A stretch of DNA of 64,000 nucleotides from Octopus vulgaris (GCA_951406725.2 OX597815.1:138942001-139006000); one strand, 5' to 3'. Positions 1-13,616 are shown, counted from the stretch's first letter. The notes: generated by a model not told the origin, from the letters alone. Numbers and translations are program-made.

Positions 1-154
1 TATCATTATTATTATTATTATTATTATTATCATCATCATCATTATTGTTATTGTTAAACTTTTCATTATTATTCTTATGCAGCCAACAGATTAGACTTTT
101 GGAAACGAAAAGATTCCTAACATCGAACTACAAGTTGCCTTAGAAGTGAATAAC

Positions 155-235
<81 letters not shown>

Positions 236-290
236 CATTATTATTATTGTTGATGTTGTTGTTGTTTCTGTTGCTGTTGATGTTATTGTA
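1..290. repeat. (ATT)n/(GTT)n trinucleotide microsatellites
   Basis: Long ATT runs at 1-50 and 155-248, grading into GTT. Confidence 0.95.
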
Positions 291-1443
291 GATGTTGTTA
301 GTCTGTGTGGTGCCCTAAAGGACACAAATTTCATAATATTGATTTGCTGTCGTCTATTTTCCTATCTATATAGAATTATGGTAGCAACGGCGCCCAGTAT
401 CCAACGAGGAGGTAGCGGGAAGATCTTCTCATACAACTATAAACTGCATAGAGGATTGACTTACACGAGAACAACAAGAATAACAAAGCAATAACTTTAA
501 TTGGTTAAGAGAACTAGTTTAACAACACAGTCAACAACGACACCTGTATGAAAAACAAAAAAGGAAGCGACAGGAAGACCAGCAACAGTAATAGCTCTCT
601 ATATTATTACTCGCCCGACAACGACACAAACAACAACAATAACAATTACCTTGGAAGTTGATACTTATTGTAATAATCATTACAGACGCAATTGAATAAT
701 TGAATAATTGCAATCTCTAAAACTTTCATTTACTGGAATTCTTCAAATCTAAAATTTGTTTTCTAAATCTTAAATCGACCTATAATTATCCACTTTGGTA
801 ATAGCTTAAACTGCTGTTTATATAGCTATTTAATATTCTATTCTATCAATTGAGGAGAGAAAATCCAGTACGCCTCTTCTGATTAGCAGAGAACAAACTT
901 TGAATATTCCCCCCACATATTTGTACATAGAAAGCATAGAATGAATGTGTTTGTATTCTTACAATTTTTTAAACAGGTTTTGAACTATTAGAATAATAAT
1001 TACATATAGACGCCATCGAATTACTTTATATTACTGTCTCGTTATTATAGATACTTGCAGTTGTTTTGGGGAGTTGCAATATTATTTAATGACATGCCGT
1101 GGCATTAGTTTTTCAGTCAGCTTTGTTGGTTGGCACGGGAGTTTATGCATTGTCACCCATTGTGAAGATACAAGGAAGAGACATTATTTAATAGTTTTAG
1201 TTTAAAATACTGACATATTGAACAGTAAATTTGTTGGCTAAATCTGCCATGTTTTTATTTATACACTATGTAGTTCACTATGTCAATTTCATCATTGTAG
1301 CATCAGCACTTTGGATCTATTCTATTTATTTTTATCCCATTGGCTTGGTAGTTCTGGGATAATAAGTTTTGATTTTGAGAAGCTACGATGAAGTCTTGAC
1401 AACCCGCCATTAGACCTCAACTTCGTAGCTATTGATGGGTGTA

Positions 1444-1460
1444 TTTTGTTGTTGTTGTTG

Positions 1461-1527
<67 letters not shown>

Positions 1528-1555
1528 CATTATTATTATTATTATTATTATTATT
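1444..1555. repeat. (TTG)n(TTA)n microsatellite
   Basis: Direct read; it explains the poly-L and poly-N ORFs. Confidence 0.95.
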
Positions 1556-1943
1556 AAGTGAGAGAGTAGCACATGTCATCAAAATGACACTGGGGTACAA
1601 GTGTACGAAGCCCAATATACCTATCGTCACTGTCCGTCTGATAAAGGTGATGCCGCTAATTTTACTATACTGCAGGTGCAGACATGACGATGTCTGCTAT
1701 CTTCCGACATCTAGTCCGAGAACGTGTTCCTAAGAATAAAGAAAATAACTGATGTCACTGTCAGACCAATATTACTGCATGATTGAATTGACCAGTAGAC
1801 GCGTATCATCTAAAAACTATCTTCGATTTGTTTCACGTCCCTTTACTCTTGTCTAGATGCCTGATAAGATAGGGTCGTTCTGCGAGCTCGCGAAATTTTA
1901 AGTTCGTTGAAACTGAGTCAAACATTTCTCAAAAGTGTGTATT

Positions 1944-1988
<45 letters not shown>

Positions 1989-4336
1989 AAAAAAAAAGAA
2001 AGAGAGAAGAGGAGAAAATGACTATTTGATATAGTTATTCTCTCACAACTATTGCATTACCTCCAAATTTCCAAGTCTGAGATGTGGATATTCTGGGTAA
2101 TACATATTGGTTTAATGTTGTTGTTTCTAATCAAATACTTGGAACATTCGTCTTCGAAACCGGCGGAGATCCATTTTCTTTTGTATAATTGGACGCATCG
2201 GATGGGGTTGTTAATATAATCTCCCTCTAAATAATTATTAGTTTATGTGTTCAGGCCGATCAATTTCAATCTCAATATTAACTGTTGATTATTACTTCCG
2301 TGTGCTGCAAATATTGAGGTAGAAACATTGACATTCAATACGTGCTATTGCTGTATTCATTACTGACAATGATCAGAACTGTGATGACAATATTCATATC
2401 GTGTAAATTGGGATATTGCTTTATGTATTAGTGTCGCCAAGTTCAATTCAGTTCAAGCATCAAAACGTTAATAAAGCTCACTCTTTATAAACCGAAAATA
2501 TAAAATACAAATTCCAGTATTGATTAATTGTAATTTTCAATAAGAGTTGAGTAAATTTCTTTAACAGCAAAGTCAATGAAAAATATAAATCTTCCTCGTA
2601 GCCAAAGCCTGTAAGAATTTTAACAAGAATGTGTATATTCCATTTAACTTATGAAAACTGTCGTTTGTATAAATCAGAAAGTTTCGGAGATAGAACGGAA
2701 TTTGTTTAATATTCAATCTTCAATCATGATAATTTCCTCAATCATCATTTGATTTGATGAAAGTTGCAGGAGATAAACTATAACTTTTATCGCAGAACAT
2801 CAGAAATATTTATATGAAATGGGATAATCTACTTAGTAATACTTTCAGTTTTATTACTGAACTTTGCAAATAGACTGCAACACCGCCCGAAAATTTACTT
2901 TGAAAATATCTTACCATATTGTTTACTTATGTGCACATACACTCACATACACAAACACATACATAAACTCACAGACACGTACACAGACACACGGAAACAT
3001 ACGCGGGCACACGCATACGCATACACACGCGCTTTCTCTCTCTCCCTCTGTTTCGCATGCACTCGCACAAATATATCTACTTTCTTCGATATATATAACG
3101 TAAACGCAAAGGTGTTCCAAGAAACATGCCACATAGCTAGGCACATACCGACAGAGAAACATACAGACGTATATACACATACACACAAACACACTCGTGT
3201 CGCTATATTCACACAGACACTTTCATCTATATGTGCATACATTGAAGAGACTGTATTTTCATTTTTCGTATACGAGCTTAAATTTCTTGCAATTCATATT
3301 TTTTATTACAAATGCCAATTTCATAAATCTAAGTACACATACAAAACACACAAGCAAATAAACTCTCACACATATGCACACATTCACATACAATCACTCG
3401 TACGCACATGCATACAAAAAGTTTAGCGACAGCGAAAAATAAGTTCCTCTTATTAAGTTAACCATCAATGAAATATAAACATCTCCCACGTTTGATTATT
3501 AGGAAGACGCGATAAAAGAGAAAACAGAAAAAAAGTAAATGTTGAATCACTTCACTTTCTATAAAAATCTAGAGCCAGCACTGAAAGTTTCGACGTCTTG
3601 TATACGAATACATCTATGTAAACAATGCAATCGAAGATAGTAAAATAGATAATGGGTATATATGCATATTGTAGAAGTTATTGCTCCGTCTCGAGCACTA
3701 CATTCAAACCATTTACTATCAAAGAAATGCAATTTATGCGTAACTAAATGTCGTACTTTCGTTTTAGATCTAAGAATTCCACCGCCCTACTTAATTCCAG
3801 ATGCAAAATTTTCAATAAATACAAGCAAATGGGCGAATTTTTTTTGGTGAACTGGAGAATACCACTGTCTCCGCATCGAGCAACTGTCTTGCAGATGTTG
3901 GACTGATCTCCGTTGAATTATTCTTCAATAATTAGTTTAAATATAACTTCTACAGCGAAATAGCATGTAACTCTAGTTTTCTTTCTTTTTTTCCACTTTA
4001 ATTCACCATTTATTTACTCATTGCACTTTTTTGCATCAATCTTCTTGTTTTTTACTTATGATTTCACAAATATCACTGTCTTAATTTTCAAATAGTACAA
4101 ACTATATGCCCAGAGACCGAGAGAGCTTGGAAACCAAAAACACATTATAATAACCCATTTTAATGGCTAGAAACTAATGGTAGGTCTTATTTTAATACAC
4201 TGTAGTTTATAAATTTTATGTATCTTTTACTGGATGGAGTCCTTTTTTGTGAATCTTACCTGAACGGTACAATAAACCACACACGCACACACACAAATAC
4301 ATATATACATATATATGTATATAAATATACTTGCTG

Positions 4337-4413
<77 letters not shown>

Positions 4414-5353
4414 TACATACATAGGTACGAGGCGGTACTATGGTCAGTGAGGTAAATCCGAGGCCTGGTTATTGCTAGTTAAAAACTATATGTACACATG
4501 AATACATGATTTATATGACGTATGTGTTTCCATGTAGTATGCAACACTTCGTGCAAGTGGCCCTATCATAGCTGCATTGCTGCTATTAAGGCATTGAATA
4601 AGGGTACCACATATGGAGAAATTCATGCAACCACCAATATTGGACAATGGTTACCCAACTTCGTAATTCCTATAAAACTATTACAGCGAAAAAAGCTTTC
4701 TTGCACTGCATAACCCCACATCCCAAGCTGCAGCCGATCGTTGTAATAACTTGCCAAAAGGAATCTCAACCCATTTGGCAGCAGCATCTTTTCCTCTATT
4801 ATACAAAGAGAATGGCTGTCTGTGACCTCTCCTTTTGGAGAAAATCTTTGCTTCCGCTGCGCCCTCTACACTATACGCCACATCACATGCACTTGACAGC
4901 TATCCTTCCAATCTATCCTCTAATGTTTCAGGTTCACCGTTTTCATGCATGCATACCATCTACAAAAGTCGCTTCAAAGCAACAAGGCCACAAAAGCTGA
5001 ACATTTTACCTACTAACATCTTTAAACACTGAACACCGGAGTCAAACCTTATACTCACCAAAGTCTTCAATCAGGTATGAACGTTGATTTCAGAAATACA
5101 TTATAATATCTTTCTCAATATGTCGAAGATAATAGAGATAGCCAAAACAACGACGTTTTCCAACACTTCGAATCCCTCTTTCTCTCTCTCTTCTGTCTGT
5201 CTGTCTGTTAGTCTCTCTCTCTGTATCCATCTCTGCTCAACGATCACAAGTTATATGACATGCGTCACACATAATTGTGTCGATAAGGTCGATGATGTCT
5301 ACGCGATGGCTCAACTTCCGGAAATTATTGTGAATTTATAAAGCTAATACTAA

Positions 5354-5683
5354 GGCACATGGCTCGGTGATTTGAACGTCGGGTTTACAATCACGAGGTA
5401 GTGAGTTCGATTCCTGGACCGGGCTGTATATTGTATTCTTGAACAAGACACTTTATTTCATGTTGGTGCAGTTTACTCACCTGTAGAAATGTGTAGCGAT
5501 GTCACTGATCACAAGCTGTATCAGCTTTGCCTTTACCTTGGATAACATTAGTGCGATGGAGAGGGCATGCATGGATGACTGTTGGTTTTCCATAAGTAAA
5601 CTTTCCCCAAGTTAGTCCTCGGAGGGGAAATTTCTAGGTGCAATCCCATGATCGTTCATGACTGAAGAGGGACTTTACCCTTT
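5354..5683 (+). mobile_element. tRNA-derived SINE, near full length
   Basis: Pol III A-box-like TGGCTCGGTG and B-box-like GAGTTCGATTCC; homologous over its length to the minus-strand copy at 60010-60338. Confidence 0.85.
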
Positions 5684-5879
5684 TTACGAAGCTTACAAAG
5701 GAATACAACTAGGATGCGTACCTGCATTCATACACACACATGCAAACACACGCACACACATATTCAAACTCTCGACCGCATTTATAAAGGCGCCACTCAG
5801 CCAAAATAGCAAAAATCGTTCACAGAGAGACTCCGGACTCTCAATAGGCTCGTTGATACCTTTCTCTTCTACCTTTTCT

Positions 5880-5967
5880 ACCACTAGTAAAAGACACTTA
5901 CCCAAGGTGCCACCCGGAACGACGTGGTTTGCAAGCAGACTTCTTACCATATAGCCTTGCCTGTGCC
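5880..5967 (-). mobile_element. SINE 5' fragment
   Basis: Shares GTGGCACCTTGGG(T/C)AAGTGTC-like sequence with fragments at 24645, 27345-27500 and 62615-62675. Confidence 0.6.
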
Positions 5968-5985
5968 AACGTGCTTATATAAATG

Positions 5986-6037
<52 letters not shown>

Positions 6038-6124
6038 TATTAGAGACAAAACCACTATTTTGCAAAACAAACAAGGAAAGACTTAATCAATACATAAAAT
6101 TTTAATAAATAGTCAAAAAAACCG

Positions 6125-6167
6125 CCACTACAATTGTTTCTTGTCTTGATCGACAATCTTCAGGTGA
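6125..6167 (-). ncRNA. Minimal type I hammerhead ribozyme (inverted copy)
   Basis: Minus strand: UCAC-CUGAAGA-UUGUC gaucaa GACAA-GAAAC aauu GUA-GUGG. Confidence 0.75.
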
Positions 6168-6187
6168 ACTATTAATATCTATCTATC

Positions 6188-6279
<92 letters not shown>

Positions 6280-6330
6280 AAATATTAGGGAATAAATCCA
6301 AATTTACAGGGAAAAAATCAGATTTGAAGT

Positions 6331-6373
6331 CCACCTGAAGATTGTCGATCAAGACAAGAAACAATTGTAGTGG
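6331..6373 (+). ncRNA. Minimal type I hammerhead ribozyme
   Basis: CCAC-CTGAAGA-TTGTC gatcaa GACAA-GAAAC aatt GTA-GTGG: complete core, stem I CCAC/GTGG, stem II 5 bp, palindromic stem III; predicted cleavage after 6369. Confidence 0.8.
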
Positions 6374-6548
6374 CGGTTTTTTTGACTATTTATTAAAATT
6401 TTATGTATTGATTAAGTCTTTCCTTGTTTGTTTTGCAAAATAGTGGTTTTGTCTCTAATAATATTTTATAATATTTTACTATAAAATTGGATTTAATCCT
6501 AAATCTGATTTTTTCCCTGTAAATTTGGATTTATTCCCTAATATTTAT

Positions 6549-6643
<95 letters not shown>

Positions 6644-6801
6644 TAAATATTATAATTAGGGTTCAGCAAAGATTTGCGTCACCACATACCGAAGTTTAGA
6701 AATAGCAGTAAAAAAATCTTAGCTATTCCTTCTACTTTAAAAGGGGCTCCTAGAAAACCAAAGTACTTGAAAACAATCCACGCAGGCAAGGGGAAAAATA
6801 A

Positions 6802-6845
<44 letters not shown>

Positions 6846-7856
6846 TTATTTATTTATATGTAAGTATATGTATACATATGTATATGTGTGTGTGTGAGTA
6901 TATATATATATATGCTTGCAAATGAAGACACAGGCAGGCACACACGTAAATTATAACAAACCATCAAACGTTCCGAGGGGACTGGAATATTATTGTAATT
7001 TCTATAGAAAGGACTATATTTTATGCAATTGTTCAATATCTTTAGGAATGAGTAAATAATGGAAATACTATTGATTAATACGTAGGTCAGCAGAAGTTCA
7101 TTCTCGAATTATGTTGTATATTCAGACTTTGTTTTGTAGTTAAGCTTATAATATTGATATTTTGTAGCTCAACGCATGGGAACTCGAGCATTTGGGTAAT
7201 AGTATTCTAATAGGTATTTTAGCAGGTCAAGCATGGATTTCATTCCAAGGATTTTCTTAGTCTATGAGTAGAGCATTATGCTTAAGATTAAGTTCCGTAA
7301 ACATCTGAAGCAATGCAAGCCCTGTAAAATGAAAATCATGTAACATAATACCGACTCTTGTGCTCATTTACATATCTGCTTAGAAGACATCGTATTTTGC
7401 GAATTGATCCATGATCCCATTAACTACGACAGCTGGCTCAGAACACGCTTGTGTCATTGAAAGGAGAGATATATTTCGTATTATTTACGTTCAGGTTAAA
7501 CGTCAGATATTCGAAACTAAATAGTATTGAGTGTTGATAGAAAATTATGGAAAACAAACACTACTGCAAAAATGCTGAAAATATTCTATACATACATGAA
7601 TTTAATTTTGTAGGGAGTTCTCCGCGTGAATTCAATTTACGCTAAGTTCTTCTCTACAAATCTGGCTACTGCTACAAAGATTTACAAAGTAATATCCGTG
7701 GCCCAGAAACACATGCGCAACGAGGATACTAATATGATTGATTGATTGATTCTAGTTTCAGCTCATGAGCTGTGGCCATGCTGGGGCACCGCCATTTATA
7801 TATACTAATACATATGTATATATATAGTTATACACATACATACATACATATATATT

Positions 7857-7945
<89 letters not shown>

Positions 7946-8041
7946 GTGTGTGTATGTATATCTATGTATATATGCATATATATATATGTAGGCCAACAAG
8001 TTTAAGGTCTGATGATACGCTACATATATATGTATATATAT

Positions 8042-8072
<31 letters not shown>

Positions 8073-8102
8073 AATTTATATCTATCTGTCTATATCTATC
8101 TG

Positions 8103-8143
<41 letters not shown>

Positions 8144-8825
8144 GTATCTATCTATCTATTTCTCTCTCTATATATATATATACATGCGTAAACACACACA
8201 CATATATAGTTTATTGAAAGTTTCGGCAAATTTAAAATTGTTAATAGATTTGTTGACAACTGTTTTATCTGCAGAGAAAGATATTTGACTAGACCTACTA
8301 TATCCGTCAAAAAACCCCCCAAAAAACCTGTTCTCCATTCTTTAGAATGGCTTCAAACTTACCGCAGAATGATTGCCGTTAGTATATGAGACTGAGAAAA
8401 ACGGTTATCTATAAGCGAAACTACATTTTGTTTTAGAGAAACGGCAATACTGTGCTATATGCACACAAAGTAGGCTGTGGAGATTGAAAGTAGTGAGTTA
8501 AACGTAGTCTCAAGTAGGGAATTCCTGATTAGGTATGTGTAAGTTCTGTTGTCTTCGAATTACTCAAGTGTTTACATTTTCTTCGTGGGTGTCTTATACT
8601 GGGCAGCTGAGATGTTAAAGTCGATATGCTAATGGGCCTGCAGGTGGGATGTTTAAAAAAATAAAAGTGGTGATACAAGCATTTCTCGTTTTCACTTTCT
8701 GTGTTTGTAGCGTACGTTATTTTTAGCTGGTAGGAAAGAAGGTAACATTCGCTCTATCACTACGGTGATTGGTGTGTTTCTTGCTCGGTGTAAATGTTAC
8801 TTTTCAATTGATCCAGATGAATTGC

Positions 8826-8904
<79 letters not shown>

Positions 8905-8999
8905 GTGTGTGTGTATGTGTATAATATTATATACATATATGTATATATATATATATATATGTATCTATATATATATATATATATATAGATATATATGTT

Positions 9000-9715
9000 T
9001 GATAAAACATAGATAAAACATAGATATGTTTCGACTAAAGATTGGTCCAGGCCATGTCTAACTTAATACCACCACCTGATAGGATTATCTAAATCCTTTT
9101 TTTAAGTCAAGTTTTGTGGTATCATGGTCCATTCAAGTAGTGAGTTCTTGTTGAGTGTGTTATATCGAGGTATAGGTGGCTTATCTGTTATTCCTCCGCC
9201 GAGGTTGACTTTGCCTTTCATCCTTTCGGAGTCGATAAATTAAGTACCAGTTACGCACTGGAGTCTATGTAATTGACTTAATCCCTTTGTCTGTCCCCTC
9301 TATGTTTAGCCCCTTGTGGGCAATAAAGAAATATATCTGTTATTCCTTGAAGAAATTTGTCCAGACTCCGTTTAGGGAGTTGGGATCTTTTTCCTCCTTG
9401 ATTGGTTTTGGGACAATGTTAAACAGAGCAGGGCCTGTTGAGGAAAAAAAATTGTGTCGCAGTGTACCTATATGTTGTGATCATGAATTGGGTAGGGGAA
9501 GTATGGCTTGTGGTCCCAGGCTTGGATAAACCTTGAAGCTAAGGTTCAGATCGTTTGGGCAATGCTGGCGGTATATTCTCCACATCCTGCAAATGATGTA
9601 CTGCTCGCAGCGGTTGCGCTGGAAGTAGTAGAGTTTCAAGGCTTTAAGGCACTCTCAGTAATCGAGATCAGTCGTGCCCTTAATTCGTTAGTGAATACCC
9701 CTTGGTGTGATTCAA
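9000..9715 (-). mobile_element. 3' end of a CR1/L2-type LINE (decayed RT C-terminus, 3' UTR and short tandem tail)
   Basis: Minus-strand remnants such as GPALFNIVP and LDKFLQGITDKPP; AGATAAAACAT tandem tail at about 9000-9025; a second copy at 55045-55300. Confidence 0.75.
9196..9333 (+). mobile_element. 5'-truncated SINE with a 14-bp TSD
   Basis: Core GCCTTTCATCCTTTCGGAGTCGATAAA (Nin/Deu-domain-like, also at 44920-44950); flanked by TATCTGTTATTCCT at 9182-9195 and 9334-9347. Confidence 0.85.
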
Positions 9716-9724
9716 TTTTGTATG

Positions 9725-9792
<68 letters not shown>

Positions 9793-9793
<1 letters not shown>

Positions 9794-10172
9794 TAGCAGT
9801 ATCGCCCGGCGTTGCTCAGGTTTGTAAGGAAATAACTATAAAGCATTTTTAGAGAGTTATAGCCAAAAAATAGCAAAAAAATGGAAAAAAATGACGGTAA
9901 ATTTTTTTGAGAGTGAAAAAGGTGGAGTTGCGTCCCCTAGACAGTTTGCGGTTTGTGTTTCTGATTCTCGACCCCATGTCGAATTTATCGATTTTTTCAG
10001 AACTGGGGGAACTTTTCAAAATTTTCGCTACGTTAGTTTTGAATTATGACATTGGGCTATGTGTGTGTCAAGTTTCATCAGAATCGGTTGAAAGCCGTGG
10101 TCAGGGTGAGGGTACAAGCAAACAGACACACAGAAACACGCACAGACAAACTGCCGTTTATATAGAGAGAGA
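9793..10172 (-). mobile_element. Non-autonomous Helitron (about 380 bp)
   Basis: On the minus strand it starts TC, ends CTAG after a GC-rich subterminal hairpin (CCTGAGCAACGCCGGG), and sits between A and T with no TSD. Confidence 0.7.
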
Positions 10173-10510
10173 TATCGAGATGGAGGGAGAGAGATAGAGA
10201 AAGAGAGAGAGAGAGTGAGAAAGAGGATTTTTGAAGTGAGGTACAGGTATTGTATATTGAGAATAACAAGGTAGTCAAAATGTCCGATGATTATATATAT
10301 ATATACTTTTATTTACATTTTTAGTGCTTTCTTCCGTAATGAGAATTAAGGTGGTCTACACCGAAATTCGAAATCGTGATATGGGTATGTACGCTAGAGA
10401 CTTAGCTCAATTTCTCAGTCATATACTGCTTTAGCGGTTTTGGAGTTTTTAGCACTTATTTTAGCGTAAGTGGTGCTAGCCAGTACCCTCCGTCACTTTT
10501 GTGACCTCTA

Positions 10511-10575
<65 letters not shown>

Positions 10576-10618
10576 TATGCATAAACATGCATACATATAT
10601 GGATACATACATACAAAT

Positions 10619-10690
<72 letters not shown>

Positions 10691-10826
10691 TTCAGTGATT
10701 TACTTGCATAGCAAGTGACCTTATCTGAGATTGTGTGCTGAACAAAAACAATTGCAGTGTGGAAGGTGTTTATAAGCCCTTTAAGAAACACACAAAATCC
10801 ATTAGATTCACTTTAACATTTAAATC

Positions 10827-10873
10827 TGTCAAAATATTTTCGTCGCTTTGAGACTGCGACCTGTTCACTGGCA
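10827..10873 (-). ncRNA. Hammerhead-like motif with a G3-C8 core
   Basis: Minus strand: UGCCA-GUGAACA-g-GUCGC agucucaaa GCGAC-GAAA auau UU-UGACA; flanked by inverted arms 10755-10800 and 10890-10936. Confidence 0.5.
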
Positions 10874-11011
10874 AAATTTCGTGCTGCACGGATTATGTGT
10901 GTTTCTTAAATTACCTATAAACACCTTCCACGCTGTTATATATATATATATATATATATACAAATGAAAGACAGAAAATGGAATAGACGAGAATATATTA
11001 ATATATTATTA

Positions 11012-11115
11012 ATCCCAACATTTGTTTCGACACATCTAGCATCGACTCCTCCTGTGGGACACACAAAAACCGGTTCAGGAGTATCCAGTGGTGCACACGT
11101 ATCTCGTCAAGTGAT
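11012..11115 (-). ncRNA. Degenerate type I hammerhead with extended stem II
   Basis: Minus strand: AUCAC-UUGACGA-GAUACGU...AUGUGUC-GAAAC aaau GUU-GGGAU; C3 is U and stem I has one mismatch. Confidence 0.5.
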
Positions 11116-12200
11116 AAATAAATAAATTAAAAAAAACTCGTTAAAATTACTGTTCCATAATGCAACTTTTCGTCTTGTAGAGAGAAAAACAGCCAGACGG
11201 AGGAAAATTCTTCACATATATAGAGAATTTGGCGTGTATTCTCGATAATGCAAGTACGATAATATCATAATTTTCTATCACAGATAACTCCTTTGGAGGA
11301 TATAGTTCCATTTTTCCTGTGAATGTGGAACATTCTGCGCAGTTAGGTTTTACTTCAAAATCCAGTTTAATATTCAGCTCATATGAGCGACAACTATCTA
11401 ATATTCGCAATCTTCATTCACCTTGGATAATTAGTATTCTGCTCGATACATTGCAATCGTCAATAACATGTAACATGAAACATAATTAGTAATTATTGAA
11501 ATATTTTAATTTAAATATATATTAAACATTGATCGGGGAAATTTAAACTCATATTGACTGCAACATTCTTCAAATACTCAGCGGTGTATCACGAATATTT
11601 TGAATATTAAATTTACACATTAGGCTAATGAAGAAAATTATATTGATGAGATAGAAATCATGTGTTGAATGAAAATGTGTTGATATGATTTTTTTAAATT
11701 ATGCTACCACATATACATACGCACGTAAACACAGAAAGCAAAAAAAAAACTAATGTTTGCTATTTCTAGATTCTCATGTATTTATTAATGCGTATTTGGA
11801 AATGAAATTCCGCTGACGTAGATAAACATTGTGCATTGCAACAATCTATTATATATCGTTCTATAAAATTTTTATGCTAAGCTGATTAATATGTAAATTT
11901 CTTAAATGAGATCGTGCCCTAACTTAAAGATATTCCTTTTGTCTAGATCCTAATCGATTATTACTTAAAGAGTTAGGTTTAATTCCGATTAGCAACTTCT
12001 GCATTGCTTCTGTTCTCTGACGAGGTATTAAATTTCGGAACATAAATGGAGGGAAGCAAATATATAGAGTTCGCAACTAGCCCAGGATTTTGCTGAATTA
12101 GAAAATTATGTCAGGACTTCATTTAAAAGGATATAGACGAAACTGTAGTTTCGACAGCAGCACAAAAATTATATATATATATATACATACATATATATAC

Positions 12201-12287
<87 letters not shown>

Positions 12288-12290
<3 letters not shown>

Positions 12291-13170
12291 TAGCTGTGTA
12301 TTGTTCAGTAGGTCATTTTCTTCTAGGAACATTATCAAATTATTACTGATGATTTGCTCCATGACTTTACCGATATGGGAAGTCGGAGAGACTGGACTGT
12401 AGTTTTTGGCCTTTGCTTTGTTTTCACCTTTGTGTATAGGGCATATAATACCTTCTTTCAGCTTTTTAGGAAGTTTATCACTTGCAAGGAAATTTTGGAA
12501 AAGTATCTGAAAAGTATATGACGTTAGGAGAATAGCTGGGAAGTCATTAGGACAAGTTACGGGGCATGAGCTCATTTCATCTATGGTCGCTGTTACACCT
12601 GTGTCCTCGATGTTAATGTAATCGATAGTTGACACCTCTTTTAGAGCTGCAACATTAAAGAATTCAGCCGGGTTTTTTTTTATCTGCATATGTCCAAGGG
12701 GGGAAGTGAAGACACTTTTAAATTGTTCACTGAGTATCTCACTTACTCTTCTTTGGTCCGCTGTCGGTGAGTCACTCCCTTGTAACAATGGTCCTATTTT
12801 ATATTGTATTGTGGCCGTTTCCATTGCGAATTTATATAAATCTTTGGGATTTGTTTTTATGCTTCCCACAGCTCTCTGCTCTTACCATTTCATGAAAGAG
12901 TTTGATCTTGTTTTCGATTTCTAAGGGTGTCCATATTAAGATAGACTTCTCCCTATTCTTCAGTTGCTTATTCAAACGCTTTCAGGCCTTTGACCTGCGT
13001 CACATAAGGATTTCTCTGTACCTGGGAATAATATATGTCGGTATGCTAGCCTTTCTTTATGGTGTATATTTAGTGCATATAGCTTGCACTGTTGTCATAA
13101 ACTGGTTGAATTTCAATTTAATGCCTTGCACACATAGAATTTTGGACCAGTTTCTTTCTGGATCTCTTTG
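12288..13170 (-). mobile_element. CR1/L2-type LINE ORF2 fragment (linker to RT start)
   Basis: ORF 12288..12869 with KTNPKDLYKF, QFKSVFT, IICPIHKG..AKNYSPVSPTSHIGKVMEQII, FLEENDLL: the typical non-LTR RT N-terminal block; decayed upstream. Confidence 0.85.
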
Positions 13171-13216
13171 CAGATTGATTTATATTTTGCATTTTTTTTT
13201 CGCGCACACATATAAA

Positions 13217-13526
13217 TGCATATATCTTAAATTTCAGTGATAAAACGCGTACACTTACATGGAAGCGGCTATTAAAAATATATAATGCCATACAATAGAA
13301 ACATTATTATTTTCTTACTATTGTTATATGCTTTAATCAGCTTCTATATTTTTATTTGGCTTGTTTCTCAATTCATATATCTTTTTATGCACACATACAC
13401 ATACACACACATACGTCTGTGTGTGTGTATAAAATATTTATGTACAGATTTGCGAATACATGTATCAATGTGCATATATGTATACATGTAAATATATATA
13501 TAGTTATCCACATATAAGTATATATA

Positions 13527-13573
<47 letters not shown>

Positions 13574-13616
13574 ATATATTTACATATATACATATATATT
13601 TGTATATGTGTGTGTA

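Larger units (their letters stand above)
6031..6556. mobile_element. Foldback (inverted-repeat) element in (TA)n, probably a Penelope pLTR derivative
   Basis: 6031-6170 is the reverse complement of 6328-6468; 6265-6325 is the reverse complement of 6501-6556. Confidence 0.8.

Noticed and set aside
1677-1752. Possible terminal exon after ctgcag (ADMTMSAIFRHLVRERVPKNKENN*)
   Set aside because: Short, no homology recognised, no supporting upstream exon.
12013-12055. CTGACGAG...CGGAAC hammerhead-like string
   Set aside because: Stem II does not pair, GAAA is altered and there is no NUH site.
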